A DNA stretch of 64,000 nt from NCBI RefSeq assembly GCF_963921235.1, contig NC_086097.1, positions 120,592,001 to 120,656,000 of the forward strand, read 5' to 3'. The number at the start of each line of letters is the position of its first letter. Positions within the stretch are counted from its first letter, which is position 1. The notes beneath the pieces are model-generated. The model was not told where the DNA came from and ran no database searches. It was given only the letters and a program-made list of their open reading frames with translations. This DNA is from Mobula hypostoma (taxonomy: Eukaryota). The translations under genes were made by a program, and so were the position numbers. Positions 12,800 through 25,715 of the stretch are shown piece by piece.

Positions 12800-13890
12800 G
12801 GATGGCAGTGTCAAATATAAAAGTGCTTAAAGAGAAGTGGGAGAAAGAAGCGGGGTTGGTACTTTCAGAGGAGGCTTGGGGGAAAATCTGCAGCTTTCAA
12901 TGGTCCTCGACTAATGCTTTGACTTGCAGAGAACATTGTTGGAAAAACATTATAAGATACTTCAAGACCCCATATCAGGAAAAATAAAAAGATACAAATG
13001 TGACATGTTGGAGTAGGTGCGGCTCCAAGGAGGCAAATCATTTTCATATTTTCTGGGATTGCCTTAAATTAAGTCTATATCGGGAAGGTATTCATAGAAC
13101 ATTAGTTAAGGTACTTAGGTCCCAGATACCTCTGAACTTCGAGACGCTCTATTTTTTGGCATGTATTGTTTCTTGAACAGAAGGAAGATATAAAGTTGCT
13201 GCAGGCCCTCTTAGCGGCAAGCAAGAAATCAATCACAAGAAAGTGGCTAAATCCAATACCACCTACATTAGAAGATTGGCACGAAATTATCTTGGAAATA
13301 TTTAAAATGGAAAAGTTGACTTACTCCCTGAGAATTCAAAAAGAAAAATTTTATCAAATCTGGAATAAATGGATTGAATATATAACCCCAATGCGAGCAG
13401 ACTTTAGATGACTCTCCTAATGATTTATACTGCTCTTCTCATCAACACAGTAATATTGCTAAGATAAGCACCCCTAGTCTAACTGTCTTTTTTTTTGTTT
13501 TCTTTTGGAAAATAGAGAATTAACACAAGTAAAGGGAAAGATTTGGAAAAGGGATAAAAAATGAAAAAATTAAGTAAATAAGTACATAGAGATTGGATAA
13601 TTATGTCTGCGGGCAGGAACAAGCATGAACAAATTAGGATATAAACACCTACAATGGTTGTTACATAGGCTTACATACAACATTTTGGACCAGTGGAAAT
13701 GGTCCAGAAGAGTTATATGGAAACTATTATTACTATTTTTCTTAACAACTAATACCATTACTTAGCCTAATAGATTAGAATTACCACGGTACATAATTAT
13801 ATATTTAAGTGTCTAATTTCCTTTTATATCATCTCAATGTGTACTTAAGAATGTATAAATAATTATAGTTTTATACATATAAAAAAATGG
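12800..13890 (+). mobile_element. L1/Tx1-like LINE ORF2 3' end and 3'UTR
   Basis: KEKWEKEAGLVLSEEAWGKIC..., zinc-knuckle-like CWSRCGSKEANHFHIFWDC, and LAASKKSITRKWLNPIPPTLEDW...FYQIWNKW. Confidence 0.85.
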
Positions 13891-15549
13891 AAAAGGCAAA
13901 TATAAAAGTGCTAAGAGCACTGCAGTGCGGATGTCCTGCGTTTTAATGATCACAAAGTACCAGTAGAACATTAAAACATATTTTTATTCCTGCTTTACTT
14001 CCTCCTCCATGGAACTGTTTTCATTGCATATGCCATTTGGGGGAAATATTAGTTCTGACAGGGAAAAAAATGATACTATTATACTAGTGCAAAATCAGAT
14101 TACTTATACTCAGATGCACTCTATCGCACATCCATAAGCAAAAAAAAAACAATGATTTGCAAAAGCAATCATGTTTGATTTGACTTTGATGTTATTAGGA
14201 TGGCAGAAGAATATAATGATTCTTATATTTGTTTTATAATAGAAGAAAGCTCTGGCATCCATAAGGATTATCTAAATGATGCCTGCAGCATAGTTCAATG
14301 CTTGAACCACCAGCAATGTTTTAACTTTAAATCAAGATTAAATGTACGCACAAAGGGAAAGCGGGCATTGGACACTATGAATACTGATGTGCTGAATTAG
14401 TTACACCCTGCATTTGAACAATACTCACATAGCTACTCAGACTCTCCCTGCTGTGTTGAGCCTGTAGGCACACGTTTGAGCCACCACCTGAATCCCAGAA
14501 ATAAACATCAGTTGGTAAACATATTGACTCTTCCACACCAGTAAACTTTAAAGCAATAATTTATTGAACCCTGCACACAGGTCTGAATTTCCAGGGAAAT
14601 AGGTCTTCCAAGTATGATCAATAATAATACAGAGTGGATGACTGACAAGAGTCAATATGAATGCTGTATGAATCACAAGTTTGTAAATCAAATATAAGTT
14701 CAAAATGCTGAAATTAAAAGTCCTCTATCAACTTAAGTTGCTGAATAATGATGATCAAAAAGCAAAGATATTTTATTTATTTTAATTTTTCTGGCAGAGG
14801 TCAAAACATGCATTGAAGAACTAAGCTCTTTTTGTACTTGTAAGGAAGAAAATCTGGCTTTAGAACGTATTTGAAAACATAAGGACCCAAGAATACACTT
14901 CTGCTTAGGTCTGTTGCATAATTCAATGAAGTCATTTTTGATCCTTAACTTTCAGCTCCCATCTAATTCCTGTTTCCCTTGATTCCCCGAAAGGCCAAAA
15001 GAGTCTATTGATTTCAGTCTTGAGTCAGCCAAACAATTTAGCTTCCATAGCCCTCTGGATTAGAAAATTCCATAGGTTTGCAGTCCTGGGAATGAAGCAG
15101 TTTCTTTTTATCTTAGTATTGAAACCAAGTTATTTATAGCCATTTACAATCTATTTTAATGATTTTAATGAAACATCCCTTGTGAAGTGTTGGAATTTGC
15201 AGATCAGAAAGCCATTAGTAGGATGACTAAAGTGGCCAGTAGTATAGGGATGAAAGGGCAAGAAGTTGGGAGAAGGAACTCAAGGCGGAGAAATGGAAGG
15301 TTTTGCTGTCATAGTGAAAAGAGAATAGTGTTATAAAGTAATAAAACCAAATACTTTTAGAGAGATTTGAGAGTTCCTACAGATACACACACACACACAT
15401 ACACAGTTAATATATCTATACAGTATTTTCTTGAAGATTAACATACATTATGATTCAGGAAGGCAAAAATTAGATTTACTTCTATCACAAGGATGCATGT
15501 AAGATTCTGAGAGGCTTTGACAAGGTGGATACAGAAAGATTCTTCTCAA

Positions 15550-17130
15550 GGCTGAAGAATATAGAAATATGTTACTCTTGTGACATTCTTTCATCAAAAC
15601 CCTACCAATCTGAACTTGGCCCATTTAAAACTATTACTATACAATCCTGAGTCCATGCTGGTGTATTACACATAAATTTATCAACCCTTAATAATAACCC
15701 TTTCTGGAAACACAGACAAATTACATTCACCATTTCATCCTTAGCCACCTTGCCGATTATACTCCCAAAAATCTCCTAATTTGTCAAACATAATTTCACT
15801 TTGATGAAACCATGTTGACTACATTTAACATAATGAGTTTCTAAGTGGTCCATCACTCTTAATAATGCATTTTTTTATTTCCGTAACAAATTTTTATAGG
15901 GCCCAAGGATGCACGTCATTATTGCAAAGATTTATTAGGTTTCAGTCATATTAATTTCTCTAGAATATTTCCTTTAGTGATATTTGATTAATGACAATCA
16001 CTTACTCTCTTTGGACGCTTATAACTTCATAATTTATGGTCTGGTCATTATGTTTTTTGTATGACGTATAAAAATAGTGAATGTACATTTCTGTTATTTG
16101 CAGTATCGCCTCTCCTAACTTAGAGTCTAAAAGAACTTCTGGTATAATTCAGCATACTATTACAATATGCTTTTTATGTCTTTTGCCCCATGTTCTAAGT
16201 TCTCTCTTATGATTATAAGATATTGATGTTTTATTTCTGGTTCCAATTTAATTTGATCGTCAATTTTTTTATTAGCCTCAGATACATAATCTTCCCAATG
16301 GAGGTTTCTCAAACCTCCCTGATGTTGTAAGTTTTAACTTTGATTCTTTCCATTTAAACACTGTGTGGACGATAACAGTCCAGTCTACTTATAAGTTATT
16401 ATCCATCTGTCCATTAAGATGGATATATTAATAACTATTCAAATATTTGTATGTGCTTCTCAAATCTTTTAAAATATTTTCCAAACCTCTTCACCAATTT
16501 GCCCCTCAGTACTATTTAGACTGAAGACAGTAGATTTGTTATTTAGTGCACCATTCGTAAACCTATAATAAAACAATTTTATATTTTTTCACTCTTCCCT
16601 TCACCTCTGGTATATAATTTGTAATTAGGTTTGGATTATTGTGTAAACTGTAATATTAAATAACCAATTACCTATATATTTCCATGTACTATACTGAAGG
16701 TGTTTTCTTGATGCCTTCTATGAACTCAATTTCAAAATTATTTTTGCCTCATTCGTTTGTCTACACTTTCTGAATATTACATTGTCTTTGTTACAAGCCA
16801 TTCTTAGTTGTTGATAGATATTGACATCAGATGGAGTATTCACCCAGTGCACCCACCAGTAATTTTACCTCTTCTTATCTCTTGTGTTCACCAACCATAG
16901 ACTTTAATTCTGGATCTTCAAACCAAGTGATTCTTCATCATTTATTATGATGCCAACCCCTACCCTCTACAATTTTCTTTTTCAATTTTACATGAAACAT
17001 CAAATATATTAGAATATTTAATTCCCAACTTTGTTAATTATGCACCAGTATCTATCTAATGATGATTAAATCAAATCTACTTATCTGCACATGTTGCTAA
17101 TTCATACATTTTGTTATAATTTCTTTATAA
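15550..17130 (-). mobile_element. Highly decayed CR1 LINE
   Basis: Reverse complement of about 15765-15820 reads SQHGFIKVKLCLTN (CR1 RT motif). The remainder is AT-rich and only weakly recognisable. Confidence 0.5.
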
Positions 17131-17688
17131 TTTGAAATAAATGTTTTTTTTTGCTTCTGGGAGTATCATAACTTAATGGTTAGGTTACAGAAGTAGTATT
17201 TAAAGGCCTGCTTTAGTGATCATTACCCACAAAGGCAGCTGTGGAATTTAAATTAAATAAATCTGCATTTATAGTCCAACAGTGAAGCTACCAAGCTGAT
17301 TTAGAATCTCATATGGTCCTCTAATTCTCTTCAGAAAGGAATAATGTGCCCTCCTTGGCCTAAAGTAATCCAAGGCCCTCTAAAAAGACTTCTAGCAGTC
17401 AATTAATGATAGAAAATAAACCCCAGATTTCCATCAACATTGACATTTTATGAATGAAAGTAAGAAAAGGTCTCTGTATTTACCTTATTCAAAGTCAAAG
17501 TTCAAAATAAACTTTATTATCGCAGTACACATATGTCACCATATACAACCCTGACATTCATTTTCCTGCAGCATACTCAGCAAATCTATAGAATAGTAAC
17601 TATAACAGGATCAATGAAAGATCAACCAGTGTGCAAAAGACAACAAACTATGTAATTGCAAATATAAATAAGTAGCAATAATAATGAG

Positions 17689-17916
17689 TGTGGTAAACCA
17701 TATATATGTTGTAACTAGGTTAACTGTCTGGACATGCCCCTCTGCTGACTGCCCCTGTAGCTCCTCCCACAGACCCCTGAATAAAGGTGATTTTGTCTTG
17801 TCCCTCCCCCTCAGTCCGGGGGCAGACACTGACCATGGAGGTCGTATTGTACAGTGAATAAAGGCCTTTCAGTATTTACCCTACTTCAGTCTTTTGGAGT
17901 TATTGAAGGTGCTTCA
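17689..17916 (+). repeat. 5' LTR of Gypsy element
   Basis: TG...CA termini (TGTGGTAAACC...GGTGCTTCA); AATAAA at 17857-17862. Confidence 0.95.
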
Positions 17917-17941
17917 ATTTTATTCGCTGTAATTTTAAAGC

Positions 17942-19237
17942 ATGGAACGTTGTCTGAGACCCGACAAGTTAGATCTCGATCCGCAAATGCCTGAAGCTGG
18001 AAACGCTTTCGAACTCTGGCTGGCCTGCTTCAAAGCGTATCTAGAGGAGATTAAAGCGACCGACCCCGTAGCGAAGCGCAGAGTTCTACTCTCCAGGGTC
18101 AGTCCACGGGTCTACTCGATGATCAGAGACCAGCCGAGCTACGACGGCATGATGAGCGTACTCAAAGGACAATACCTGCGGCCAATAAACAGCGTCTACA
18201 CACAACATTGTTTAGCGACTCGAAACCAGCAGCCCGGGGAATCAAGTGCTGAGTTCGTCCAGGCCCTACAGACACTCGTGCGAGCCTGCAGTTGCCAAGA
18301 ACTGACGGCAGTACAGCATGCAGAACTCCTAGTGAGAGATGCCTTCGTCACGGGGACCAGGTCAGTGTACGTGCACCAGCGGCTGTTGGAAAAAGCCGAT
18401 CTTACCTTAAGTTCGGCGATCGAGCTGGCCGACACGCTGGAAGCCGCTCTGCATAACTCTGAGGCTCTCCAGGCATGCGATCCCCCGATGGCCTCGTGGG
18501 TGCCGCAGACCCCGCAACCCGCCAGCGAATCGACCTCGGCTGCTGCCAGTCGCGAGTCCACGAAGTGCTACTTCTGCGGATTCGAGAAGCACACCCGTAA
18601 ACGCTGCCCGGCTCGACAAGCTACCTGCTCCATCTGCGGAAAGAAGGGCTACTTCGCCAAGTTCTGTAAGTCCAAACAGCGAGCAGGATCGAGCAGCGCC
18701 GAGTGCGAGACATGGGGGTCGCCATCTTGCCTGCTGCCATCTCCCCTGCACGCCGCCACCATGTGCGAGACAAAGGGGTGGCCCCCTTGGTCAGCGCCCC
18801 CTCCCACCACCTACGACCAACGGGTGCTCACGGGGCACCCCACCGCGCCGGACCAAGACAGCGACTCAACCGCGACCTCCATGACCCTCGACCAAAGCGC
18901 TCCCCACCAGCTCGCAAGGTCAGTGATGGACATCCTGGTGGAGGGGCACTGGACAAGCTGTCTGTTTGACACAGACAGCACGGAGAGTTTAATCCAACCG
19001 GACATGGTGCAGCATTGCGGACTCGTGATACGGCCGGTAAGTCAGAAGGTCACCATGGCTTCCGGGTCACATACAACAGACATCCGGGGGGGGGGGGCGG
19101 GGTTGTGTAGCAACACTAGTGGGGCAGGGCACAGAATATTGAGACTTTACATTACTGGTCATGCCTCAACTGTGTGCCCATGTGCTATTGGGGCTCGACT
19201 TCCAGAGCCACCTGAAAAGCGTGGCAATGAAGTATGA
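17942..19237 (+). pseudogene. gag: Gypsy gag + protease, frameshifted at the G-run near 19085-19098
   Basis: Two CCHC-like knuckles (CYFCGFEKHTRKRC, CSICGKKGYFAKFC) and protease motif LFDTDSTES (DTG changed to DTD). Confidence 0.9.
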
Positions 19238-19308
19238 AGGGCCCCTTCCACCAATTACTGTCGTAAATCCCCAGTTTTGTAAGGATATGTCACATACCCT
19301 GCTACTGA

Positions 19309-19346
<38 letters not shown>
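19309..19346. repeat. (CA)n microsatellite inside the Gypsy PR-RT linker
   Basis: Direct reading of the sequence. Confidence 0.95.
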
Positions 19347-19347
<1 letters not shown>

Positions 19348-19429
19348 GACCCGCACATCCCACCCAACACCCCAACACCATGCCAACTGCCGCACTACCG
19401 ACACCACTTGCGGCCTCTCCACCCTCAGG

Positions 19430-21871
19430 ATCCCTCCCCCACCGCTGTTCGCCAACCTGACCCCCAACTGTAAACCTGTGGCAAGTAAAAGCAGGAGGTA
19501 CAGTGCGGGGGACAGAGCCTTCATTAAGTCGGAGGTGCAGCGGCTGCTTAGGGAGGGGATCATGGAGGTAAGCACAAGTCCTTGAAGGGCACAGGTGGTG
19601 GTTGTTCAGAACGGGGAGAAGAATAGGATGGTCGTGGACTATAGCCAGACCATCAATAGGTTCACGCAGCTCGACGCGTACCCTCTACCCCGCACCGCAG
19701 ATATTGTCAATCAGATAGCACAGTACAAGGTGTACTCGACCATTGACCTAAAATCCGCTTACCATCAGCTCCCCATCCGCCGGGAGGACCGCCCTTACAC
19801 CGCCTTCACGGCGGACGGCAGGCTTTATCAATTCCTGCGCATCCCCTTCGGTGTCACGAATGGTGTATCTGTCTTCCAGAGGGCAATGGACCAGATGGTG
19901 GACCAGTGCCAACTGAAGGCCACGTTCCCATATCTGGATAACATCACCATCTGCGGTCACGACCAGCAGGATCATGACAACAACCTCCAAAAATTTCTCC
20001 AAGCGGCCAAATCTTTCAACCTCACCTATAACAAGGACAAGTATGTGTTCAGAATCACCCGACTTGCTATCCTTGGGTGTGTCGTGGAGAATGGAGTCAT
20101 TGGCCCTGACCCCGACCGTACTCGCCCCCTGTTGGAACTCCCTCTTCCCAACACCCTCAGAGCCCTCAAAAGGTGCCTGGGCTTCTTTTCATATTACGCC
20201 CCATGGGTCTCTAGCTACGCAGACAAGGCCCGCCCCCTGTCAAGTCCACCACATTCCCCCTCTCAGCCGAGGCCCGCGTGGCCTTCAGCCGCATAAAAGG
20301 GGACATTGCCAAAACAGCAATGCATGCGGTGGATGAGGCCATTCCCTTCCAAGTAGAGCGTGACACCTCCGACTTTGCACTGGCTGCTACCCTCAACCAG
20401 GTGGGAGACTGTTGGCATTCTTCTCCCATACCCTTCAAGGCCCTGAAATTCAGCACTCCGCGGTGGAGAAAGAGGCCCAGGCCATAGTGGAAGCTATCAG
20501 GCACTGGAGGCACTATCTCGCCAGCAAAAGGTTCACCCTGCTAACTGACCAGCGCTCAGTCGCATTCATGTTTAATAACCAACAGCGGGGCAAAATCAAA
20601 AATGATAAAATTCTGAGGTGGAGAATCGAACTCTCCACCTATAACTATGACATCATGTACAAGCCTGGAAAGCTCAACGAGCCGTCTGATGCCCTATCCC
20701 GGGAACGTGCACCAGCGCACAGATCGACCGGCTATACGCCCTACATGCAGATCTTTGCCACCCGGGGGTTACCTGGCTTTTCCAGTTCGTGAAAGCCCGG
20801 AACCTGCCTTACTCCCTTGAGGAGATCAGGACAATGACCAGGGACTGCCAAGTCTGCGCAGAGTGCAAACCACACTTCTACTGACCCGAAAAGGCACCAT
20901 GCATCAAGGCCACCCGCCCCTTTGAGCGACTGAGTGTTGACTCTAAGGGCCCCCTTTCCTCCACCGACCGCAATGTGTACTTTCTTAACGTAATTGACGA
21001 GTACTCGCGGTTCCCCTTCGCCATCCTCTGCCCCGACACCACTACCACGTCAGTTATAAAAGCCCTGCACAAGCTCTTCACTCTGTTCGGATACCCATGC
21101 TGTATCCACAATGACAGAGGGTCCTTGTTTATGAGTGATGAGCTGCGCCAATACCTACTGGCTAGGGGGATTGCAACTAGTAGGACCACGAGCTATAATC
21201 CCCGGGGGAATGGACAGGTAGAGGAAGAGAATGGCACGGTGTGGAAAGCCACACTCTTAGCCCTCAGGTCAAAGGGACTGCCGGTCTCCCGCTGGCAGGA
21301 GGTCCTTCCCAAGGCACTCCACTCCATCCGCTCCCTGTTATGCACGTCCACCAATGCCACCCCTCATGAGCGGCTCTTTTCTTTTCCCAGAAAGTCGACC
21401 ACTGGGACCACCCTACCAACTTGGTTGATGTTCCCGGGGCCAGTGCTGCTCCGGAAACATGCGAGGAGCAATAAATACTCCCCGATGGTCTAGAGGGTTC
21501 ACTTACTTCATGTGAACCCCCAGTATGCCTGCGTGGTTTTACCTGATGGGCGGGAGGACACGATCTCCATCTGCGACCTGGCACCCGCAGGAGCTCCGGG
21601 CTCCTACCCTGAACACTCCGTGGTGACTATTGACCCCGTACCCACCAATGTATGTACCCACCAGACACCACGCACTCCAAGCCCTACACAGACACCACAC
21701 GACACTCCCATACCGGGCGCGATGCACACGCACGAGGGATTACTGACGCCTAACGTGCTGACACCTCAAGTCAGGCCAGAGCCAGCACAACCGCCATCGC
21801 CGGTGCAATCACCACCGGTGCTACGTAGATCACAGCGACGGACTCGACCGCCTGATAGACTTGACCTGTAA
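19430..21871 (+). pseudogene. pol: Gypsy pol (RT-RNase H-integrase) with stops and frameshifts
   Basis: RT: RMVVDY, IDLKSAYHQL, IPFGVTNG, FPYLDN. RNase H: EKEAQAIVEAIRHWRHYL...TDQRS. Integrase: HADLCHPG...CQVC, VIDEYSRFPF, HNDRG, GNGQVEEEN. Confidence 0.92.
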
Positions 21872-21930
21872 ATATACTTCTTGTAAATATTGTCAGTCAC
21901 TTCACCCCGCGGGACTCTTTTTTTTTAAAT

Positions 21931-21944
21931 AAAGGAGGGGTGAA
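21931..21944 (+). promoter_or_regulatory. Polypurine tract
   Basis: AAAGGAGGGGTGAA immediately 5' of the 3' LTR. Confidence 0.85.
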
Positions 21945-22173
21945 TTTGATAAACCATATGTATGTTGTAACTGGGTTAACTGTCTGGACACACCCCTCTG
22001 CTGACTGCTCCTGTGGCTCCTCCCACAGATTCCTGAATAAAGGTGATTTTGTCTTGCCCCTCCCCCTCAGTCCGGGGGCAGACACTCACCGGGGAGGTCG
22101 TATTGTACAGCAAATAAAAGCCTTTCAGTATTTTACCCAACTTCAGTCTTTTGGAGTTATTGAAGGTGCTTCA
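21945..22173 (+). repeat. 3' LTR of Gypsy element
   Basis: Direct repeat of 17689-17916 (initial TG mutated to TT), followed by TSD ATGAG. Confidence 0.95.
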
Positions 22174-22679
22174 ATGAGATCATGAGATAATGGCATAAAA
22201 GAGTCCTTAAAGTGAGACCATTGGTTGTAGGAACACTTCAATGATAGGGCAAGATAGTGTAGTTAACTCCTTTTATTCAAGAGTTTGATGACTGAGTGGG
22301 TAACAACTGTTCTCGAACCTGGTAGTGTGAGTCCAGAGCTTCTGGTATCTTCTACATGATGGCAGCAGCGAGAAGGGAGCATGGCCTGGGTGGTGACGAT
22401 CTCTAATGACGGATGCTGCTCTCCTATGACAGCATTTCATGTAGATGTGCTCAATGGTTGGGAGGGTTTTACTCATGATGTACTAGGCCGAATCCACTGC
22501 CATTTTTAGGATTTTACGGAATATGTTATGAAAATAACCAATGCTTTTGCTGTCTCACCTTGCTTTTATTTTACCTATATCAGTACACTGATCTTTAGAA
22601 CATTGACCATAGAACATTACAGCATAGCATGGGCCCTTTGGCCCACGGTGCTGTGTTGACCTTCCAAACTAATCGAAAA

Positions 22680-24615
22680 TCAATCAGAATCAGAGTCGGG
22701 TTTATTATCATCGGCGGGGCGGGGGGGGGGGTGGCGGAACGTCGACTCAGACCATGAGAGGCCTAAGTCGGGCATTTTCATGCCTTACAAGGCGCAGATT
22801 GGAAGTCTGTGTGGGGCACCACACCACTCCTCGCACAGACACTAGAGCAATGTGTGATTAAGTGCCTTGCTCAAGGACACAAACACGTTGCCACAGCTGA
22901 GGCTCGAACTAGTGACCTTCAAATCACTAGATGAACGTCTTAACCACTTGGCCATGTGCCCAACACATTCGGCATGTGACATGAAATTTGTTAACTTAGC
23001 AGCAGCAGTTCAATCTAGCAAATCTATCATAATCTAGCAAAGAGAAAAAAATGATAAATAAAATAAAATGTAATAATAATAAAATAAACAAGTAAATCAA
23101 ATCTGTATATTGAATAGATTTTTTAAAATGTGCAAAACAGAAATACTGTATATTAAAAAAAAGTGAGGTTTAATGTCCATTTCGGAATTGGACAGCACAG
23201 GGGAAGAAGCTGTTCCTGAATCGCTGAGTGTGTGCCTTCAGGCTTCTGTACCTCCTGCCTGATGGTAACAGTGAGTAAAGGGCATGCCCTGGGTGCTGGA
23301 GGTCTTTAGTAATGGACGCTGCCTTCTGAGACACCGCTCCCTAAAGAAGTCCTGGGTACATGATAAGTCTCTTCAAACTCCGAACAACGTATAGCCACTG
23401 CCTTGCTTTCTTTATAACTACATCAATATGTTGGGACCAGGTTAGATCCTCAGAGATCTTGACACCCAGGAACTTGAAGCTGCTCACTCTCTCCACTTCT
23501 GATCCCTCTATGAGAATTGGTGTTTGTTCCTTCATCTTACACTTCCTGAAATCCACAATCAGCTCTTTCATCTTACTGATGTCGAGTGCCAGGTTGTTGC
23601 TGAGGCACCATTCCACTAGTTGGCATATCTCACTCCTGTAGGCCCTCTCATCACCACCTAAGATTCTACCAACAATGGTTGTATCGTCAGCAAATTTATA
23701 GTTGGTACTTGAGCTATGCCTAGCCACACAGTCATGTGTATACAGAGAGTAAAGCAGTGGGCTAAGCACACACCCCTGAGGTGTGCCAGTGTTGATCGTC
23801 AGCAAGGAAGATATGTTATCACCAATCCACACACACTGTGGTCTTCTGGTTAAGAAGTTGAGGATCATATTGCAGAGGGAGGTACAGAGGCCCAGGTTTT
23901 GCAACTTCTCAATCAGGATTGTGGGAATGGTGGTATTAACTGCTGAGCTACAGTCGATGAACAGCATCCTGACATAGGTGTTTGTGTGTCTAGGTGGTCA
24001 AAAGCCGTGTGAAGAGCCATTGAGATTGCGCAGCCGTTGACCTATTGTGGCGATAGGCAAATTTCAATGGGTTCAGGTCCTTGCTGAGGCAAGAACTCAG
24101 TCTAGTCATGACCAAGCTCTCAAAGCATTTCATCACTGTCGATGTGAGTGCTACCGGGCAATAGTCATTAAGGCAGTTCACATTATTCTTCTTAGGCACT
24201 GGTATAATTGTTGTCTTTTTGAAGCCAGTGGGAACTTCTGCCCGTAGCAGTGAGAGGTTGAAAATGTCCTTGAATACTTCTGCCAGTTGTTTGGCACAGG
24301 TTTTCAGAGCATAATCAGGTACTCCATCGAGACCTTCTGCCTTGCGAAGGTTCACTCTCTTTAAAGACAGCCTAACATCGGCCTCTCAGATGGAGGTCAC
24401 AGGGCCATCAGGTGCAGCAGGGATCTTCACAGCTGTAGCTGCGTTCTCTCTTTCAAAGCATGTATAGAAGATGTTGAGTTCATCTGGTAGTGAAGCATTG
24501 CTGCCATTCATACCATTGGGTTTTGATTAGTAGGAAGTCATGTCCTGCAGACCCTGCTAGAGTTGCCGTGCATCTGATATCGCCTCCAACCTCATTCAAA
24601 ATTGTCTCTTCACCT
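22680..24615 (-). mobile_element. Rex1/Babar LINE RT region and 3' end
   Basis: ORFs 23990..24355 and 23341..23967: IIPVPKK...[47 protein letters not shown]. Confidence 0.92.
22716..22967 (-). mobile_element. tRNA-derived CORE-type SINE
   Basis: Minus strand has A-box TGGCCAAGTGG, a B-box-like AGTTCGAGCC and MIR-core-like GTGTCCTTGAGCAAGGCACTTAA. Same family as 41092-41327 and 56990-57225. Confidence 0.85.
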
Positions 24616-24619
24616 CTTT

Positions 24620-25235
24620 AGACAAGTGAAATTGTTTAATGCTTCCCTCCCATATAGCCCTCTAATTTTCCATCATCCAAGTGCCTATCTAAAAGTCGCT
24701 TCAATATTCCTAATATATCTGCCTCTGCCAAACGCCTGGCAGTGTATTCCTTCAACCACTATTCGTTATGTAAAATCTTACTCCTGACATCCCCTATACT
24801 TCCCTCCTTCACCTTTAAAGTATTCCTTCTCGCATTAGCTATTTCAGACCAGGCGAAAAGTCTCTGGCTGTCCACTCAATCTATCCCTCTTACCATCTTG
24901 TACATCTCTATCTAGTCACCTCTCATCCTTCTTCACTCCAAAAAGAAAAGCCCTAGCTCGCTCAACGAATCCTCACAAGACATGTTCTCCAATCCAGGCA
25001 GCACCTTGATAAATCTCCTCTGAACCCTCTCTAAAGCTTTCACATCCTTCCTATAATGAAGCAACCAGAACTGATCACAATGTGCCGAGCATAGTCTACT
25101 CAGGGTATTATAGAGCTGCAACATTACCTCGTGGTTCTTCAACTCAATCCCCTGACTGATGAAAACCAGCACACCATATGCATTCATAACAGCCCTATCA
25201 ACTTGCACAACAACTTTGAGAGATCTATAGATGCG
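24620..25235 (-). mobile_element. CR1 LINE 3' fragment
   Basis: VMLQLYNTLSRL...QFW...YRKDVKALERVQRRF. Confidence 0.85.
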
Positions 25236-25715
25236 ACTTTGATTACTAACATTGAACAAAATCTTACCTCACCTGTGTCCTAAGCCCAACCAACATCTAT
25301 GCAGTAGTACAACGATGCATCTGTAGTTCTAGTTATTCAATTTTACAGGAAAAAATATCACACCCTTTTGTAAGTAGAGTCAAAGATGAGGACAGCACCC
25401 TCTTTCCCAGAAGTAGTGCCATTGCCCGTGTACTAAAATCTCTCTCTCTCCCCCTCCCCCTCCCTCTCCTCCCTCTTCCCTCTTTGTCAATGCACTGTGT
25501 GTCCTGCCAACTCTGTCCCATCTTGTTTTATGTATTTAATTTACTAAAAAAATACAATATTTCAGTTTTGTTATCTACTTATCTTATCGCAGCTCTTCAT
25601 ATAAGCTCCACTTGAGATAAGGGTTCTTTTTTCCTGAGGAATTTAACAGCAAAGTTTGACTGAAAAATAGTCAACAACACAAAACAAGGACATGTGGTAA
25701 CCACTCAATGTGTAG

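Larger units (their letters stand above)
17689..22173 (+). mobile_element. Full-length Ty3/Gypsy LTR retrotransposon, inactivated
   Basis: Two about 228-bp LTRs; TSD ATGAG at 17684-17688 and 22174-22178; order gag-PR-RT-RH-INT; PPT present. The LTRs differ at roughly 18-19 positions by eye (about 8%). Confidence 0.97.
17490..22510 (-). mobile_element. Rex1/Babar LINE 3' end split by the Gypsy insertion (pieces about 17490-17688 and 22174-22510)
   Basis: The 3'UTR on the left is continuous with ORF 22273..22476 (HHPGHAPFSLLPSCRRY) on the right, across the ATGAG TSD. Confidence 0.85.

Noticed and set aside
14200..14400. 66-aa ATG ORF in unique AT-rich sequence
   Set aside because: No homology recognised, and the length is expected by chance.
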